Positions 29,288 to 39,890 of a DNA stretch of 64,000 bases are shown here, piece by piece. Both the position numbers and the translations under genes were made by a program. Source of the DNA: an uncultured Chloroflexia bacterium (lineage in GTDB: Bacteria > Chloroflexota > Limnocylindria > QHBO01); the NCBI GenBank assembly GCA_963695195.1, contig CAVOGE010000007.1, forward strand, positions 1,046,663 to 1,110,662, read 5' to 3'. The notes beneath the pieces were generated by a model that worked only from the letters and a program-made list of their open reading frames with translations, did not search any database and had not been told where the DNA came from. Every line of letters starts with the position of its first letter. Within the stretch, counting starts at the first letter, position 1.

Positions 29288-30091
29288 TCAGCTCGGGGCG
29301 GCCAGGTCCCTTCGCGGGAAGACGATCAGCGCGTACGCCACCGGCACCACGATCGCCGCCGCCAGCAGCCCGAAGTCGAACAGGTCCACCGTCCCGGTGA
29401 GGATGTTCCCGGGTTGGAAGTGGTGGAAGAGCGAGTACTGCTGAGTCCAGGCAACGTCTCGCCACAGGGAGCCCAGGATCTCCAGGAAGTAGTTGAGCAG
29501 CAGGTAGGCCATCGTCACACCCAGCGCCGGCGAGTGGCGGTCGAAGGTCACCGATGCGGCCAGCCCGAAGGCGGCGAATGCCCCCCACATGAGCAGGCCG
29601 TTCAGGAAGACGAGCGGTACCTGGATCAGGTCGAGCTCGTCGCTGAGCCCCTGGACAGCGACCCCCGTCACCTGCCCGGCAAGGAGCGCGATGATGACCA
29701 GCGAGATGAGGATCACCGCGGCCGCGGCAACCGTCAGGTAGACCGTGCGGCGCGAGAGCGGCCGCGCCAGCAGCACCTCCAGCGTCCCGCGCTCGCGCTC
29801 GCCGGCGATGGCCGCCACCGTGGATCCCACCGCGAAGACGCCCACGAACGCGATCGTCATCGGATGCTGGAGGCCCAGGGTGAGCGCGCCCGGCAGCGTG
29901 AAGAGGCTGCCCGAGCCGAAGTTCATCAGCTCGGCGGGGATGACGCCCGAGTCGACGAGGCCCTTGAACGCGTCGCCGAAGGCTACGTAGATGACCGGCA
30001 TGAGCATGCCCCAGCCGAACGATACGGCGATGATGGGGAGCAGCCGGGCTCGGTTCCAGCGGAGGGTCTGAACGAGGAGGCGGAGGTTCAT
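29288..30091 (-). CDS. ABC-2 type transporter permease
   Basis: IAGERERGTLEVLLARPLSR, FPRRDL; coupled to the ATPase. Confidence 0.87.
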   Translation of the reverse strand: MNLRLLVQTLRWNRARLLPIIAVSFGWGMLMPVIYVAFGDAFKGLVDSGVIPAELMNFGSGSLFTLPGALTLGLQHPMTIAFVGVFAVGSTVAAIAGERERGTLEVLLARPLSRRTVYLTVAAAAVILISLVIIALLAGQVTGVAVQGLSDELDLIQVPLVFLNGLLMWGAFAAFGLAASVTFDRHSPALGVTMAYLLLNYFLEILGSLWRDVAWTQQYSLFHHFQPGNILTGTVDLFDFGLLAAAIVVPVAYALIVFPRRDLAAPS

Positions 30092-31014
30092 CCGCGCACC
30101 TCCTCGCTGGCGTTGTCACCGGCGTAGTACTCGAGGAACGCCTCCTCGAGGCGGGCCGGCTCGATGGTCAGATCCACGAGCGAAGGCGAGGCGATGGCGC
30201 GCACGAAGCCCGATACATCCCCGAGCAGCGTCGCAGTCAGCCGGTCGCCATCGGTCTTGACGTCGGCGAGGCCGGGGATGCTCGACAGCTCTGGCGCGAC
30301 GCCGCGCCAGAGCATGCTCACCTTGCGCTTGCGCCGGGCGAGCAGGTCGTCCACGTTCTGGAGTGCCATCAGGTGGCCCGAGCGGATGATCGCCACGCGG
30401 TCGCAGATGCGCTCAACTTCGGGCAGGACGTGGCTGGAGAAGAAGGTCGTCCGACCCTGGTCGCGCAGGTCGTCCATCAGCGAATAGAACGCCTGCTGCA
30501 TCAACGGGTCGAGCCCCTCGGTCGGCTCGTCGAGGATCGCCAGCTCCGGATCGTGCTGCAGCGCCTGGATCACGCCGATCTTCTGGCGCATCCCCCGCGA
30601 GTAGTCGCGCACCTTGCGCCGCAGGACGGACGGGGGCATCTGCAGCCGCTCGCAAAGCTCCTCGCGTCGCACGGCGGGTGCACCCTGCAGGTCGTTCAGG
30701 TAGTCGAGCGCGGCGGCCCCGCTCATCGAGTCGTACAGCGCGATCCCGCCCGGCAGGTAGCCGGTACGTCGCCGGATCTCCACCGAGTGGTCGACGATGT
30801 CGAGCCCAAGCACACTGGCGGAGCCACTGGTCGGATGGAGGAAGCCCAACAAGGTGCGGATCATGGTCGACTTGCCCGAACCGTTGGGGCCGAGGAAGCC
30901 GAAGATCTCGCCGGGGCGGATTTCGAGCGAGAGATCGACCAGCGCCTGCACCGTGCCGTAGTGCTTCGTCAGGCCGGTCGTTCGGATCACGGCCGCCGGC
31001 TGCTGGTCCTCCAT
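30088..31014 (-). CDS. ABC transporter ATP-binding protein
   Basis: GPNGSGKS, YSRGMRQK, ILDEPTEGLDP; TAGATT-N7-ATG at 31014. Confidence 0.92.
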   Translation of the reverse strand: MEDQQPAAVIRTTGLTKHYGTVQALVDLSLEIRPGEIFGFLGPNGSGKSTMIRTLLGFLHPTSGSASVLGLDIVDHSVEIRRRTGYLPGGIALYDSMSGAAALDYLNDLQGAPAVRREELCERLQMPPSVLRRKVRDYSRGMRQKIGVIQALQHDPELAILDEPTEGLDPLMQQAFYSLMDDLRDQGRTTFFSSHVLPEVERICDRVAIIRSGHLMALQNVDDLLARRKRKVSMLWRGVAPELSSIPGLADVKTDGDRLTATLLGDVSGFVRAIASPSLVDLTIEPARLEEAFLEYYAGDNASEEVRG

Positions 31015-31050
31015 CGCGGGCAATCTACTACGCGCCGCCGCTGCGGGCGG

Positions 31051-32331
31051 TCAGCGGTTGACGCGCACGGCGCGCCACATCGCGCGGAAGTTCACGCGCT
31101 GCCCGTACAGGAGCACGCCGGCCGAGTAGATCCGCGCGGCGACCCACAGAGCGCCGAGCAGGAAGGCGACCATCAGGCCGCCGGCCACCAGCCACTCCCA
31201 CGGTTCCATGGAGCTCAGTAGCATCCGGATGGGGAGCATGTACGGGCTGAAGAACGGGACCAGTGACGCGATCTTCACCCACGACGCCTCCGGCGTGTTC
31301 AGACCGATGAAGGCGGCGAAATAGCCGACCATGCCGACCATGAGCATCGGCCCGGTCGCCATCTGGACGTCCTCCTGCCGGCTGGCCATCGAGCCTAGGC
31401 CGGCGTACAGGGTGGCGTACAGCAGGAAGCCGCCGACGAAGAAGACGCCGAACGGCGCGAGCACCCACAGGTTGATGCTCTCCAGCGTTGCCCCGGCGCC
31501 ATCGCCGAGCACCCGCTCCGCGATCACGCCCTGGAGCGCGAACCCGGCGCCCGCCGCCACGACCACCGCCGCGTACTGGGTGAGGCCAGCCGCGCTGTTG
31601 CCGAGCACCTTGCCGGCGAGGAGCTGCCGCGGCGTGGCCGCAGTGATGAGGAGCTCCATCACTCGGCTGCTCTTCTCTTCGGCAACGCTGACCGCGACCC
31701 ACTGGCCGTAGGTGAGCACGGCCATGAAGGTCAGGATCACCATGATCATGGCCAGCATGTAGGTGGCGCCGAAGTTCTCCTCGGGGCTCTGCGCGTTCGG
31801 GTCAACGGGGGTCACCTCGAATGGCGTCGGGGCGAAGATCCCGGCCGCAGCGGCCGGATCGATCCCGGCGCGCGCGAGGCGGTCGCCGATGCTCACCTGC
31901 GTGGCCGCCTGTCGTACGGCGAAGAGCCACTGGCTGCTCGGTCCGGCCTCTGTCAGCATGTCGAACGAGAGTTCGCCGTCGCCGGCTCGGCTGACGGTCA
32001 ACAGGCCCTCGAGGTCGCCGTCGCGAACGCGGCCGGCGGCCGCGGCCGCATCGCCCGCGCGAGTGATCTCCCAGCGTGTCCCGTCTCCCTCGCCGTCGAG
32101 AATGGCGCCCAGGGCGACCACGGCCTGCGACTCCGCCTCCGCATCGGTCGAGTAGACGGCCACCGCGGTGGTCTCGTCACCGGCGATGAGTCGCCCGGCG
32201 ATGGGCAGCATTGCGATTCCCAGCCCGACGAGCGCCAGGACAGCGGTGACGATGACGAAGGTCCTGCTTCGCACACGCTGGCGGTACTCGCGCCGCGCGA
32301 CCGTCCAGGCGTTGGGGAAGAGCCCGATCAT
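31051..32331 (-). CDS. ABC-2 permease (NatB/YhaP-like)
   Basis: VARREY, VAEEKSSRVMELL, GKVLG, RIYSAGVL. Confidence 0.88.
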   Translation of the reverse strand: MIGLFPNAWTVARREYRQRVRSRTFVIVTAVLALVGLGIAMLPIAGRLIAGDETTAVAVYSTDAEAESQAVVALGAILDGEGDGTRWEITRAGDAAAAAGRVRDGDLEGLLTVSRAGDGELSFDMLTEAGPSSQWLFAVRQAATQVSIGDRLARAGIDPAAAAGIFAPTPFEVTPVDPNAQSPEENFGATYMLAMIMVILTFMAVLTYGQWVAVSVAEEKSSRVMELLITAATPRQLLAGKVLGNSAAGLTQYAAVVVAAGAGFALQGVIAERVLGDGAGATLESINLWVLAPFGVFFVGGFLLYATLYAGLGSMASRQEDVQMATGPMLMVGMVGYFAAFIGLNTPEASWVKIASLVPFFSPYMLPIRMLLSSMEPWEWLVAGGLMVAFLLGALWVAARIYSAGVLLYGQRVNFRAMWRAVRVNR

Positions 32332-33284
32332 CGGTCTGCGCCTCGGCCGCTGCCAGCCAGGTGTCGCTCCTCCTCGACCGCGGCCGGGCGCCCGACGTGC
32401 TCGATGAAGACCTCTTCAAGCGACGGATCGGCGATCTCGAAGCGGGTCACTCGTTCGCCGCGCGCGATGGCGGCCGCCAGGATGCTGCGCGGGTCCGCCC
32501 CGTCGCGCACCTGGAGCTCGAGGTAGTCCTCTCCGCGGCGAATGAGCGTTACCCCGGACAGCTGCTGGACCCAATCGGCGCCGTCCGACTCCTCGGTGGC
32601 CAGCCGCACCACCTGGCGCCCCATGGCGCGTTTGACGTCGCGGACCGTGCCGCTGACGACGACCCGCCCGGCGTCGACGATGGCGATCGACTCGCACAGC
32701 TCCTCGACCGTCTCCATCTGGTGCGTGCTGAAGATGAGCGTCTTGCCGCGGTCACGCATCTCCAGGAAGGCCTCCTTGAGGAGCTGCACGTTGACCGGGT
32801 CAAGGCCGCTGAACGGCTCGTCCATGATCAGCACGTCGGGGTCGTGGAGGATGGCGGCGATGAACTGGATCTTCTGCTGGTTGCCCTTCGACAGCTCCTC
32901 CACGCGACGGTCCCGGTAGTGGGGGATGCGGAAGCGCTCCAGCCATTCACCAACCTCCGCGGTCGCCTCCTTATCCGGGACACCGTAGAGCGCGGCGAAG
33001 AAGCGGAGCACCTCGATCACCGGCATGCGCAGGTAGAGGCCGCGCTCCTCGGGCAGGTAGCCCCACGTGCGGCGCGGGAGATCGGTGTTGGGCCGGCCCT
33101 GCCAGCTGACGCTCCCGCTGTCGGGCCGCAGGATGTCGAGCACGATCCGCATGCAGGTGGTCTTGCCGGCGCCGTTGGCACCCAGCAGGCCGAAGATGCG
33201 GCCCGGTTCGACGATGAAGCTGGTTGCGTCGAGCGCAAGCACCGGGCCGAAGCGCTTCGAGACGGAATCCACCACAAGGCTCAT
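32328..33284 (-). CDS. ABC transporter ATP-binding protein (NatA/YhaQ-like)
   Basis: GANGAGKT, GYLPEERGLY, LSKGNQQK, MDEPFSGLDPVN, PSLEEVFI. Confidence 0.92.
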   Translation of the reverse strand: MSLVVDSVSKRFGPVLALDATSFIVEPGRIFGLLGANGAGKTTCMRIVLDILRPDSGSVSWQGRPNTDLPRRTWGYLPEERGLYLRMPVIEVLRFFAALYGVPDKEATAEVGEWLERFRIPHYRDRRVEELSKGNQQKIQFIAAILHDPDVLIMDEPFSGLDPVNVQLLKEAFLEMRDRGKTLIFSTHQMETVEELCESIAIVDAGRVVVSGTVRDVKRAMGRQVVRLATEESDGADWVQQLSGVTLIRRGEDYLELQVRDGADPRSILAAAIARGERVTRFEIADPSLEEVFIEHVGRPAAVEEERHLAGSGRGADR

Positions 33285-33397
33285 GGTTACCGTTAGCCTA
33301 GCCGACTGCACCGTGGCCCTCTGCTACACTTTGCCCCCGAACCGCCTCGCGCCGACCGCTGCGGCGGTTCTGCCGTGTAAGCCCACAGGAACACTTC

Positions 33398-34585
33398 ATG
33401 AAGATCGCTGTCCCACGCGAAACCGCGCCGGGTGAGACGCGGGTCGCGCTGACTCCCCAGGCCGCCGCCGCGCTCATCGCCGACGGGGTCGAGATCGTCG
33501 TCCAGGCGGGTGCCGGCGAGGCGTCGTCGATCCCCGATGCCGACTTCTCCGAGGCCGGCGCGACGATCGCGACCGACGCTGCCGCCCTCTACGGCCAGGC
33601 CGATCTCGTCCTCCGGGTCGGCCGGCCGACCGACGAGGAGATCGGGATGCTGCGGCGCGGCACGATCCTGATCGGTACCCTGGGCACACTCTCCAATCCG
33701 GAGCTGGCCCGACGCCTGGCCGATGCCGGCGTGAGCGCCATCAGCATGGACGCCATCCCGCGCATCACCCGCGCCCAGAGCATGGACACCCTGTCGAGCC
33801 AGGCGACAGTCGCCGGCTACAAGGCAGTCCTGCTGGCCGCCGATCGGCTCCCCAAATTCATGCCGCTGCTGACCACCGCCGCCGGAACGGTCCGTCCCGC
33901 GCGCGGGATCATCATGGGTGCCGGGGTCGCCGGCCTGATGGCGATCGGCACCGCCCGCCGGCTTGGCGCCGTGGTCGAGGCGACCGACGTGCGACCGGTC
34001 GTCAAGGAGCAGGTGCAGAGCCTGGGCGCCACCTTTATCGAGGTCGAGATGACCGACGAGGAGAAGGCGGGCGCCGAGACGGCCGGCGGATACGCCGGCG
34101 AGATGAGCGACGACTACAAACGGCGCCAGGCCGAGCTGATCGCCGAGCGGGTCAAGGAAGCCGATTTCGTGATCACCACCGCGCTCATCCCCGGACGCCC
34201 GGCCCCGCGCCTGATCACCGATGCGATGGTGGCTTCCATGAAGCCGGGCAGTGTGATCGTGGACATGGCCGCCGAGGCGGGCGGCAACGTCGAGGGCACC
34301 GTTGCCGGCGAAGAGGTGATCAGCCACGGGGTGCGGATCATCGGCCTGACGAACCTCCCGGCGATGATGCCCGGCAGCGCCACCCAGATGTACGCCAGGA
34401 ACATCCAGACGCTGCTCAAGCACCTGATCAAGGACGGAACCGTGACCCTCGACCTCACCGATGAGATCACCCGCGGCGCGACCATCACCCACGATGGGAA
34501 GGTCGTCAGCGAGCCGGTCGCCAAGGCGCTCGGCATCGAGGTGCCGCCGGCGCCGGAAGCACCCGCGAATGGGGGTGCCGCATGA
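33398..34585 (+). CDS. pntA: NAD(P) transhydrogenase subunit alpha part 1
   Basis: ETRVALTP, IPRITRAQSMD, GAGVAGL, ITTALIPGRPAP. Confidence 0.96.
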   Translation: MKIAVPRETAPGETRVALTPQAAAALIADGVEIVVQAGAGEASSIPDADFSEAGATIATDAAALYGQADLVLRVGRPTDEEIGMLRRGTILIGTLGTLSNPELARRLADAGVSAISMDAIPRITRAQSMDTLSSQATVAGYKAVLLAADRLPKFMPLLTTAAGTVRPARGIIMGAGVAGLMAIGTARRLGAVVEATDVRPVVKEQVQSLGATFIEVEMTDEEKAGAETAGGYAGEMSDDYKRRQAELIAERVKEADFVITTALIPGRPAPRLITDAMVASMKPGSVIVDMAAEAGGNVEGTVAGEEVISHGVRIIGLTNLPAMMPGSATQMYARNIQTLLKHLIKDGTVTLDLTDEITRGATITHDGKVVSEPVAKALGIEVPPAPEAPANGGAA

Positions 34586-34893
34586 CCGAGGCGATCTCGG
34601 CGGAGGTCCTCCTCCAGGCGCTCTTCGTCTTCGTGTTGACCGCCTTCGTCGGGTACGAGGTGGTCAGCAAGGTGCCGACCATGCTGCACACCCCGCTCAT
34701 GTCGGGCGCCAACGCGGTGCACGGCGTGATCGTGGTCGGCGCCATGCTGGTCGCCGCCAGCGCCGAGGGACCGCTGCGAATCGTGCTGGCCCTGTTTGGC
34801 GTGATCCTGGGCACCATCAACGTGGTCGGCGGCTTCGTGGTCACCGACCGGATGCTCGAGATGTTCAAGCGACGGCCCGGGGGCGAGTCGTGA
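34582..34893 (+). CDS. NAD(P) transhydrogenase subunit alpha part 2 (membrane)
   Basis: KVPTMLHTPLMSGANA, NVVGGFVVTDRMLEMF. Confidence 0.95.
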   Translation: MTEAISAEVLLQALFVFVLTAFVGYEVVSKVPTMLHTPLMSGANAVHGVIVVGAMLVAASAEGPLRIVLALFGVILGTINVVGGFVVTDRMLEMFKRRPGGES

Positions 34894-36305
34894 CCACCCT
34901 GGAGATCCTCACCTTCCTCGTCTACCTGGTCGGATCGGTCACCTTCATCCTCGGCCTGAAGTTCCTCGCCTCGCCGACCAGTGCACGCCGCGGCAACCGC
35001 CTGGCCGCGACCGGGATGGCCATCGTGGTGCTGTGGGTCTTCATCACCGAGTTCGTGCTGCGTGAGGGCGGCCTCTCGACCGTCTGGATCCTGGCCGTCG
35101 GCATCCCGGTCGGCACGGTGGCCGGCGTGGTCGGTGCGCGGCGCGTGCCGATGACCGCCATGCCGCAGATGGTCGCCATCTTCAACGGCGCCGGCGGCGG
35201 GGCGGCCGCCCTGGTGGCCGCAGCCGAGTTCCTGCATTTCGCCGGGGACGGCGGGGAGCTGCTGTCGGTCCCGTTCATGGTCGCGACGCTGCTCGGCGCG
35301 GTGATCGGCTCGGTCTCCTTCACCGGCTCGATCATCGCCTTCGGCAAGCTGCAGGGGATCGTCTCCGGCCGCCCCGTCACCTATCCGGGCGACAAGGTGG
35401 TCACCGGGCTGCTGGTTGCCGGCATCCTGGGGCTCGGCGTCGCACTGACCGTCGTCACCAACGACGTGACGCCGTTCCTCGTCTTCGTGGCGCTGGCCCT
35501 GGTGCTCGGCGTGGCGGCGGTGATGCCGATCGGTGGGGCCGACATGCCGGTGGTGGTCTCGCTGCTCAACTCGTACACCGGCATCGCGGTGGCGGCCACC
35601 GGCTTCGTGCTGGGCAACTACGCACTGCTCGTCGCAGGCACGCTGGTCGGCGCCTCGGGTGGGATCCTCACCCAGCTGATGTGCCGGGCCATGAACCGGT
35701 CGCTCTTCAACGTCCTGTTCGGCGCCTTCGGGACCGCAGGCGGGACCGCGGCAGCCGGCGCGGAGGGTGAGCAGGCGGCACGCGAGATCAGCGCCGATGA
35801 CGCCGCCGTGCTGATGGCCTACGGCAAGAAGGTGATCATCGTGCCCGGCTATGGCATGGCCGTGGCACAGGCACAGGGCCCGGTCCGGGAGCTGATGGAC
35901 CTGCTCATCGCAAAGGGCGTGGACGTCCAGTTCGCCATTCACCCGGTGGCCGGCCGCATGCCCGGGCACATGAACGTGCTCCTCGCCGAGGCCAACGTCC
36001 CGTATGAGCGTCTCAAGGAGATGGACGAGATCAACGACGACTTCGCCAACGCCGACGTGGCCCTGGTGATCGGCGCGAACGACGTCACCAACCCCGCCGC
36101 CCGGACCGATCAGAGCTCACCGATCTACGGGATGCCGATCCTCAACGTGGACCATGCGACCCATATCGTGGTGCTGAAGCGATCGATGGCGGCAGGCTTC
36201 GCCGGCATCGCCAACCCGCTCTACTCCGACCCCAAGACCGCCATGCTCTTCGGCGACGCCAAGGCGACGGTCCAGGCGCTGGTCTCAGGGGTCAAGCAGG
36301 CCTAA
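34890..36305 (+). CDS. pntB: NAD(P) transhydrogenase subunit beta
   Basis: MTAMPQMVA, IGGADMPVVVSLLNSY, VPGYGMAVAQAQ, HPVAGRMPGHMNVLLAEA; GTG start overlapping the upstream TGA. Confidence 0.96.
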   Translation: MTTLEILTFLVYLVGSVTFILGLKFLASPTSARRGNRLAATGMAIVVLWVFITEFVLREGGLSTVWILAVGIPVGTVAGVVGARRVPMTAMPQMVAIFNGAGGGAAALVAAAEFLHFAGDGGELLSVPFMVATLLGAVIGSVSFTGSIIAFGKLQGIVSGRPVTYPGDKVVTGLLVAGILGLGVALTVVTNDVTPFLVFVALALVLGVAAVMPIGGADMPVVVSLLNSYTGIAVAATGFVLGNYALLVAGTLVGASGGILTQLMCRAMNRSLFNVLFGAFGTAGGTAAAGAEGEQAAREISADDAAVLMAYGKKVIIVPGYGMAVAQAQGPVRELMDLLIAKGVDVQFAIHPVAGRMPGHMNVLLAEANVPYERLKEMDEINDDFANADVALVIGANDVTNPAARTDQSSPIYGMPILNVDHATHIVVLKRSMAAGFAGIANPLYSDPKTAMLFGDAKATVQALVSGVKQA

Positions 36306-36308
36306 CCC

Positions 36309-37970
36309 CTACTCGCCGCGTCGCAGGATCGCGGTGACCTCCTGGTCGCTCACGCCGTAGCGTCGCAGCGCGTGGCGCACCAGCTCGTGGCCGATCTCGC
36401 GCTCCGCGGTGACGATCCGCGCCACACCGAGCCGATGCAGCTCCGCCTCGTCCTGCGCGGAGTGCGCGCGCGCCACCACGTGGATGTTCGGGTTGCTCCG
36501 CAGCGCGTATTCGATCGCCTGTCGGGCCGCGAGCGCGTCGGGGACGGTGACCACCATCGTCCCGGCGTCCGACACCCGCAGCGCATCGAGGACCGAAGGC
36601 GTGCCGGCGTCCCCGTAGACCAGCGGCGCTCCGGCCGCCGACGCCGCGCGCACCATGTCGTAGTCCGCGTCCGCGGCCACCCACGGGAACTTCCTCCCCT
36701 CCAGGACGCGCGCCACCGTCTTGCCGACGTGACCGTAGCCGAGGATGACCACGTGCCGGTGCATTCCGGCGGCCGGTTCGGCCGGCCCGGGAAGCGGGGG
36801 TGCCGGGAAGCGCCGTTCGAGTCGATCGCCCAGCCGAGCGGCGAGGCTGGCCACCGGCGCGGCGATGACCACGGTCGCCACGATGGCGCCCATCGCCTGA
36901 CTGAAGGTCTCCTGGCCCAGCGCACCGAGCTGCAGTCCGGCGGTGGCGAGCACAAAACTGAACTCGCCGCCCTGGGCCACCAGGCCGGCGGCACGCAGGG
37001 CGGTCCGGGGACGCTGACGCCCCGCGAGCGAGATGACCGCAACGGCGACCCCCTTGCCGACCACGATCAGGGCGATCAACAGCAGGACCATCGGCCAGCC
37101 GGCGATCACAGCCGCGGGCTCCAGCAGGATGCCAACCGAGACGAAGAAGATCGTGGCGAACAGCTCGCGCAGGGGAACCACCTCCCCCAGCACGCTGGCC
37201 GCCAGGTCCGACTCGGCCAGCGCCATGCCCGCCACGAATGCGCCCAGCGCCACCGATACGCCCAGCTGGGCGGCGAGCGTGGCCGTGCCGATCGCCAGGA
37301 CCGCCACCGCGACGACGAACAGCTCGCGGGACCCGAGCGACGCGATCCGGGCCAGGATCCCGGGGAGGACGCGCGAGCCGACGATCAGCACGGCCGCCAC
37401 CACGGCCAGGGCCACAGCCGTAGAGCGCAGCGCCTCGAGCGCCGGGTCGGCGCCGCCTGCGGCGAGCGCGCCAAGGACCACCACCAGCACCACGGTGAGC
37501 AGGTCCTGCACGATCGACCAGGCCAGCGCCAGTTTTCCGTGCGCGGTGGTCTCAAGGTTCGCCTCGCCGGCCACCTTGACCAGCACGACCGATGAGCAGA
37601 CGCTGGCGACCGCCCCGAGGAAGAGCGATTCGAGGATGGGCCTCCCAATGGCGAGGGCGATGCCGGCGCCGAGGGCAATCGAGAAGCCGACCTGCAGCGG
37701 CGCTCCGACCAGCACCAGGCGACCGACCGATTGCAGCTTGGCGAGGGAGAATCGGACGCCGATGCTGAACATGAGCAGCGCCACGCCGATATCGGCCAGC
37801 GCCAGCACCTCTTCCCGGTTGGCCACGAAGCCTGGCGAGAAGGGCCCGACCACCAGCCCCGCCGCGATGTACCCGATCATCGGCGCCATCCGCAACCGGT
37901 GCGCCACGGCGCCCAGCAGCAGGGCGACGCCGAGCGCCGCCAGGAAGGTCAGGCCGAGGCCGCCGGTCAT
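36309..37970 (-). CDS. CPA2 cation:proton antiporter with RCK_N/TrkA-N domain (YbaL/KefB-like)
   Basis: IGVALLMFSIG, IVQDL, LGAFVAG, FFVSVG, GGEFSFVL; C-terminal GYGHVG...YGDA. Confidence 0.9.
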   Translation of the reverse strand: MTGGLGLTFLAALGVALLLGAVAHRLRMAPMIGYIAAGLVVGPFSPGFVANREEVLALADIGVALLMFSIGVRFSLAKLQSVGRLVLVGAPLQVGFSIALGAGIALAIGRPILESLFLGAVASVCSSVVLVKVAGEANLETTAHGKLALAWSIVQDLLTVVLVVVLGALAAGGADPALEALRSTAVALAVVAAVLIVGSRVLPGILARIASLGSRELFVVAVAVLAIGTATLAAQLGVSVALGAFVAGMALAESDLAASVLGEVVPLRELFATIFFVSVGILLEPAAVIAGWPMVLLLIALIVVGKGVAVAVISLAGRQRPRTALRAAGLVAQGGEFSFVLATAGLQLGALGQETFSQAMGAIVATVVIAAPVASLAARLGDRLERRFPAPPLPGPAEPAAGMHRHVVILGYGHVGKTVARVLEGRKFPWVAADADYDMVRAASAAGAPLVYGDAGTPSVLDALRVSDAGTMVVTVPDALAARQAIEYALRSNPNIHVVARAHSAQDEAELHRLGVARIVTAEREIGHELVRHALRRYGVSDQEVTAILRRGE

Positions 37971-38065
37971 CGGTCTTCGGGCTGCATGGACCGATGATAT
38001 CGGTCGCCCATCGGTATCCTTGCTCCCTGCGGGTCCATTCCGCACCACCAGGAGCAGTTGCACGC

Positions 38066-38716
38066 ATGAATCGCTGGGTGATCCTTGACGTCGGAGAGAC
38101 GCTGATCGACGAAACCCGGATCTGGTCGACGTGGGCCGATCAGCTTGGCATCCCGCGTCTCACGCTCATGGCGGCGCTCGGCGCCCAGATCGCCTGCGGC
38201 GGCCAGCACCATGACGTGTTTGCCTGGTTCGGCGTCTCCAACTGGCGGGACTGGGCGAGTTCCATGGAAGGCGCGTACGCCGGGTTCCAGCCCGCCGACC
38301 TGTATCCGGACGCCAAACGCTCGATGGCCGCCCTGCGCGACCGGGGGTACCGGCTGGCGATCATCGCCAACCAGCCCGCCCAGCGGACCGCCGAACTGCG
38401 CGCGCTGGGGGTCGAGGCCGAGGTGATGGCGATGAGCGCGGAGATGGGGCTCTCCAAGCCCGATCCGGCGTTCTTCGCCAGGGCCCTCGAGCTGATCGGT
38501 TCGCCACCGCCCGGCGAGGTCGCCTACGTCGGTGACCGCGTCGAGAATGACGTGATCCCGGCTGCTGCCGCGGGGATGCGGTCGGTCTGGATCCGCCGGG
38601 GGCCGTGGGGACTCATCCAGCAGCTGCCACCGGGGACAGCCCCTGCCCTGGTGGTGGATTCGCTCGACGAGCTGGTGGAGCGGATCGGCGAGGCGTGGGG
38701 CGAGGACCGACCCTGA
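38066..38716 (+). CDS. HAD-superfamily hydrolase (subfamily IA-like)
   Basis: ILDVGETL, IIANQ, KPDPAFF, YVGDRVENDV. Confidence 0.87.
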   Translation: MNRWVILDVGETLIDETRIWSTWADQLGIPRLTLMAALGAQIACGGQHHDVFAWFGVSNWRDWASSMEGAYAGFQPADLYPDAKRSMAALRDRGYRLAIIANQPAQRTAELRALGVEAEVMAMSAEMGLSKPDPAFFARALELIGSPPPGEVAYVGDRVENDVIPAAAAGMRSVWIRRGPWGLIQQLPPGTAPALVVDSLDELVERIGEAWGEDRP

Positions 38717-38717
38717 C

Positions 38718-39890
38718 CTAGTGCCGCTCCCCAATGCTGATGCTGCGCGCCAGTCGCTCTGCCGCGTTGATCAGGAGCCGCTCGGTATCGGCCATCGCCT
38801 CCTCGAGGGAGAGTGGCCGATCGATGATCGGCTGCACCACGTCGAAGAGGCCAGATCCGTCGAGTGCGGCTGCGCCGTGGCCGAGCGCCCCGCACAGCAG
38901 GACGACCGATGCGCCGGCGTGACGTGCCAGCGTGGCGACGCCCATGGCCGCCTTGCCGGCAAGCGTCTGCTCGTCCGCCCGCCCCTCGCCGGTGATCACC
39001 AGGTCGGCCCCGGCCAGCATATCGGCGAGACCGATCATCCCCGCCACCACGTCGATGCCGGGCTGCAGGGTCGCGGTCGTGAATCCGAGGAGGCCCGCCG
39101 CGGTGCCACCCGCCGCTCCGGCACCCGGGGTCTCGGCCACCGCGCGACCGGTTGATGCCTCGACGGCGCGTCCGAAGACGCTGAGCGCGGTGTCCAGCTC
39201 GGCGATCGCGTTCGCATCGGCGCCCTTCTGCGGCCCGTAGGTCGACGACGCCCCGGTCGGTCCGCACAGCGGGTTCGTCACGTCGGAGGCGATGACGATC
39301 TCCACCGAGGCGAGGCGCGGGTCGAGGCGCGAGGCATCCACCCGGGCCAGCTGGGCCAGCGCCGCTCCGCCGGGCGGCAGGTGGGCACCGTGGGCATCCT
39401 CGAAGCGCACGCCGAGCGCGGCGAGCAGCCCGGCTCCGCCGTCGTTGGTGGCCGACCCTCCCAGGCCGAGGAAGATCCGCTCGACCCCGGCATCCAGCGC
39501 GGCCCGGATCAGGTCCCCCGTCCCGCGCGTCGATGCGATGCGGACTGAGGCCGCTGTTCGCTCCGCCGGGGACAGGCGAGCCAGTCCCGAGGCGGTCGCC
39601 ATCTCGATGAACGCTGCTCGGCCCTCGTCGAACCGGAGCCAGCCCGCGACGACCGGGCGCCCCAGCGGGTCGCTCGCGGACGCGGATTGGCGCTGTGCGC
39701 GGCCTCCCAACGCGGCCTCCAGGGCAGCCAGCGTCCCTTCACCGCCGTCGGACATGGGGGCGCGCACGATGACGTCGTCCCCTCGCGCGCGCTGCCAGCC
39801 GAGGGCCATCGCCTCGGTGACCGCGACCGAGTCGAGGGCGCCGCCGAAGGAATCGGGCGCCACGACCACGCGGAGCACGCCCCCGCTCAT
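38718..39890 (-). CDS. glxK: Glycerate kinase (GlxK/GarK family)
   Basis: VVVAPDSFGG, PMSDGGEGT, GLGGSATNDGG, DVTNPLCG, YGPQKGA, GAGAAGG, ITGEG. Confidence 0.92.
   Translation of the reverse strand: MSGGVLRVVVAPDSFGGALDSVAVTEAMALGWQRARGDDVIVRAPMSDGGEGTLAALEAALGGRAQRQSASASDPLGRPVVAGWLRFDEGRAAFIEMATASGLARLSPAERTAASVRIASTRGTGDLIRAALDAGVERIFLGLGGSATNDGGAGLLAALGVRFEDAHGAHLPPGGAALAQLARVDASRLDPRLASVEIVIASDVTNPLCGPTGASSTYGPQKGADANAIAELDTALSVFGRAVEASTGRAVAETPGAGAAGGTAAGLLGFTTATLQPGIDVVAGMIGLADMLAGADLVITGEGRADEQTLAGKAAMGVATLARHAGASVVLLCGALGHGAAALDGSGLFDVVQPIIDRPLSLEEAMADTERLLINAAERLARSISIGERH

Noticed and set aside
37971-38065. Riboswitch upstream of the KefB-like antiporter (hairpins GACCGAT-GAT-ATCGGTC and TGCTCC...GGAGCA)
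   Set aside because: Hairpins exist, but I recognise no aptamer consensus, and the short gap must also hold two divergent promoters.
38066-38716. HAD protein as the missing GpgP phosphatase
   Set aside because: Convergent rather than operonic, and a DVGET subfamily-IA type rather than the IIB MpgP/GpgP type; not excluded but unsupported.
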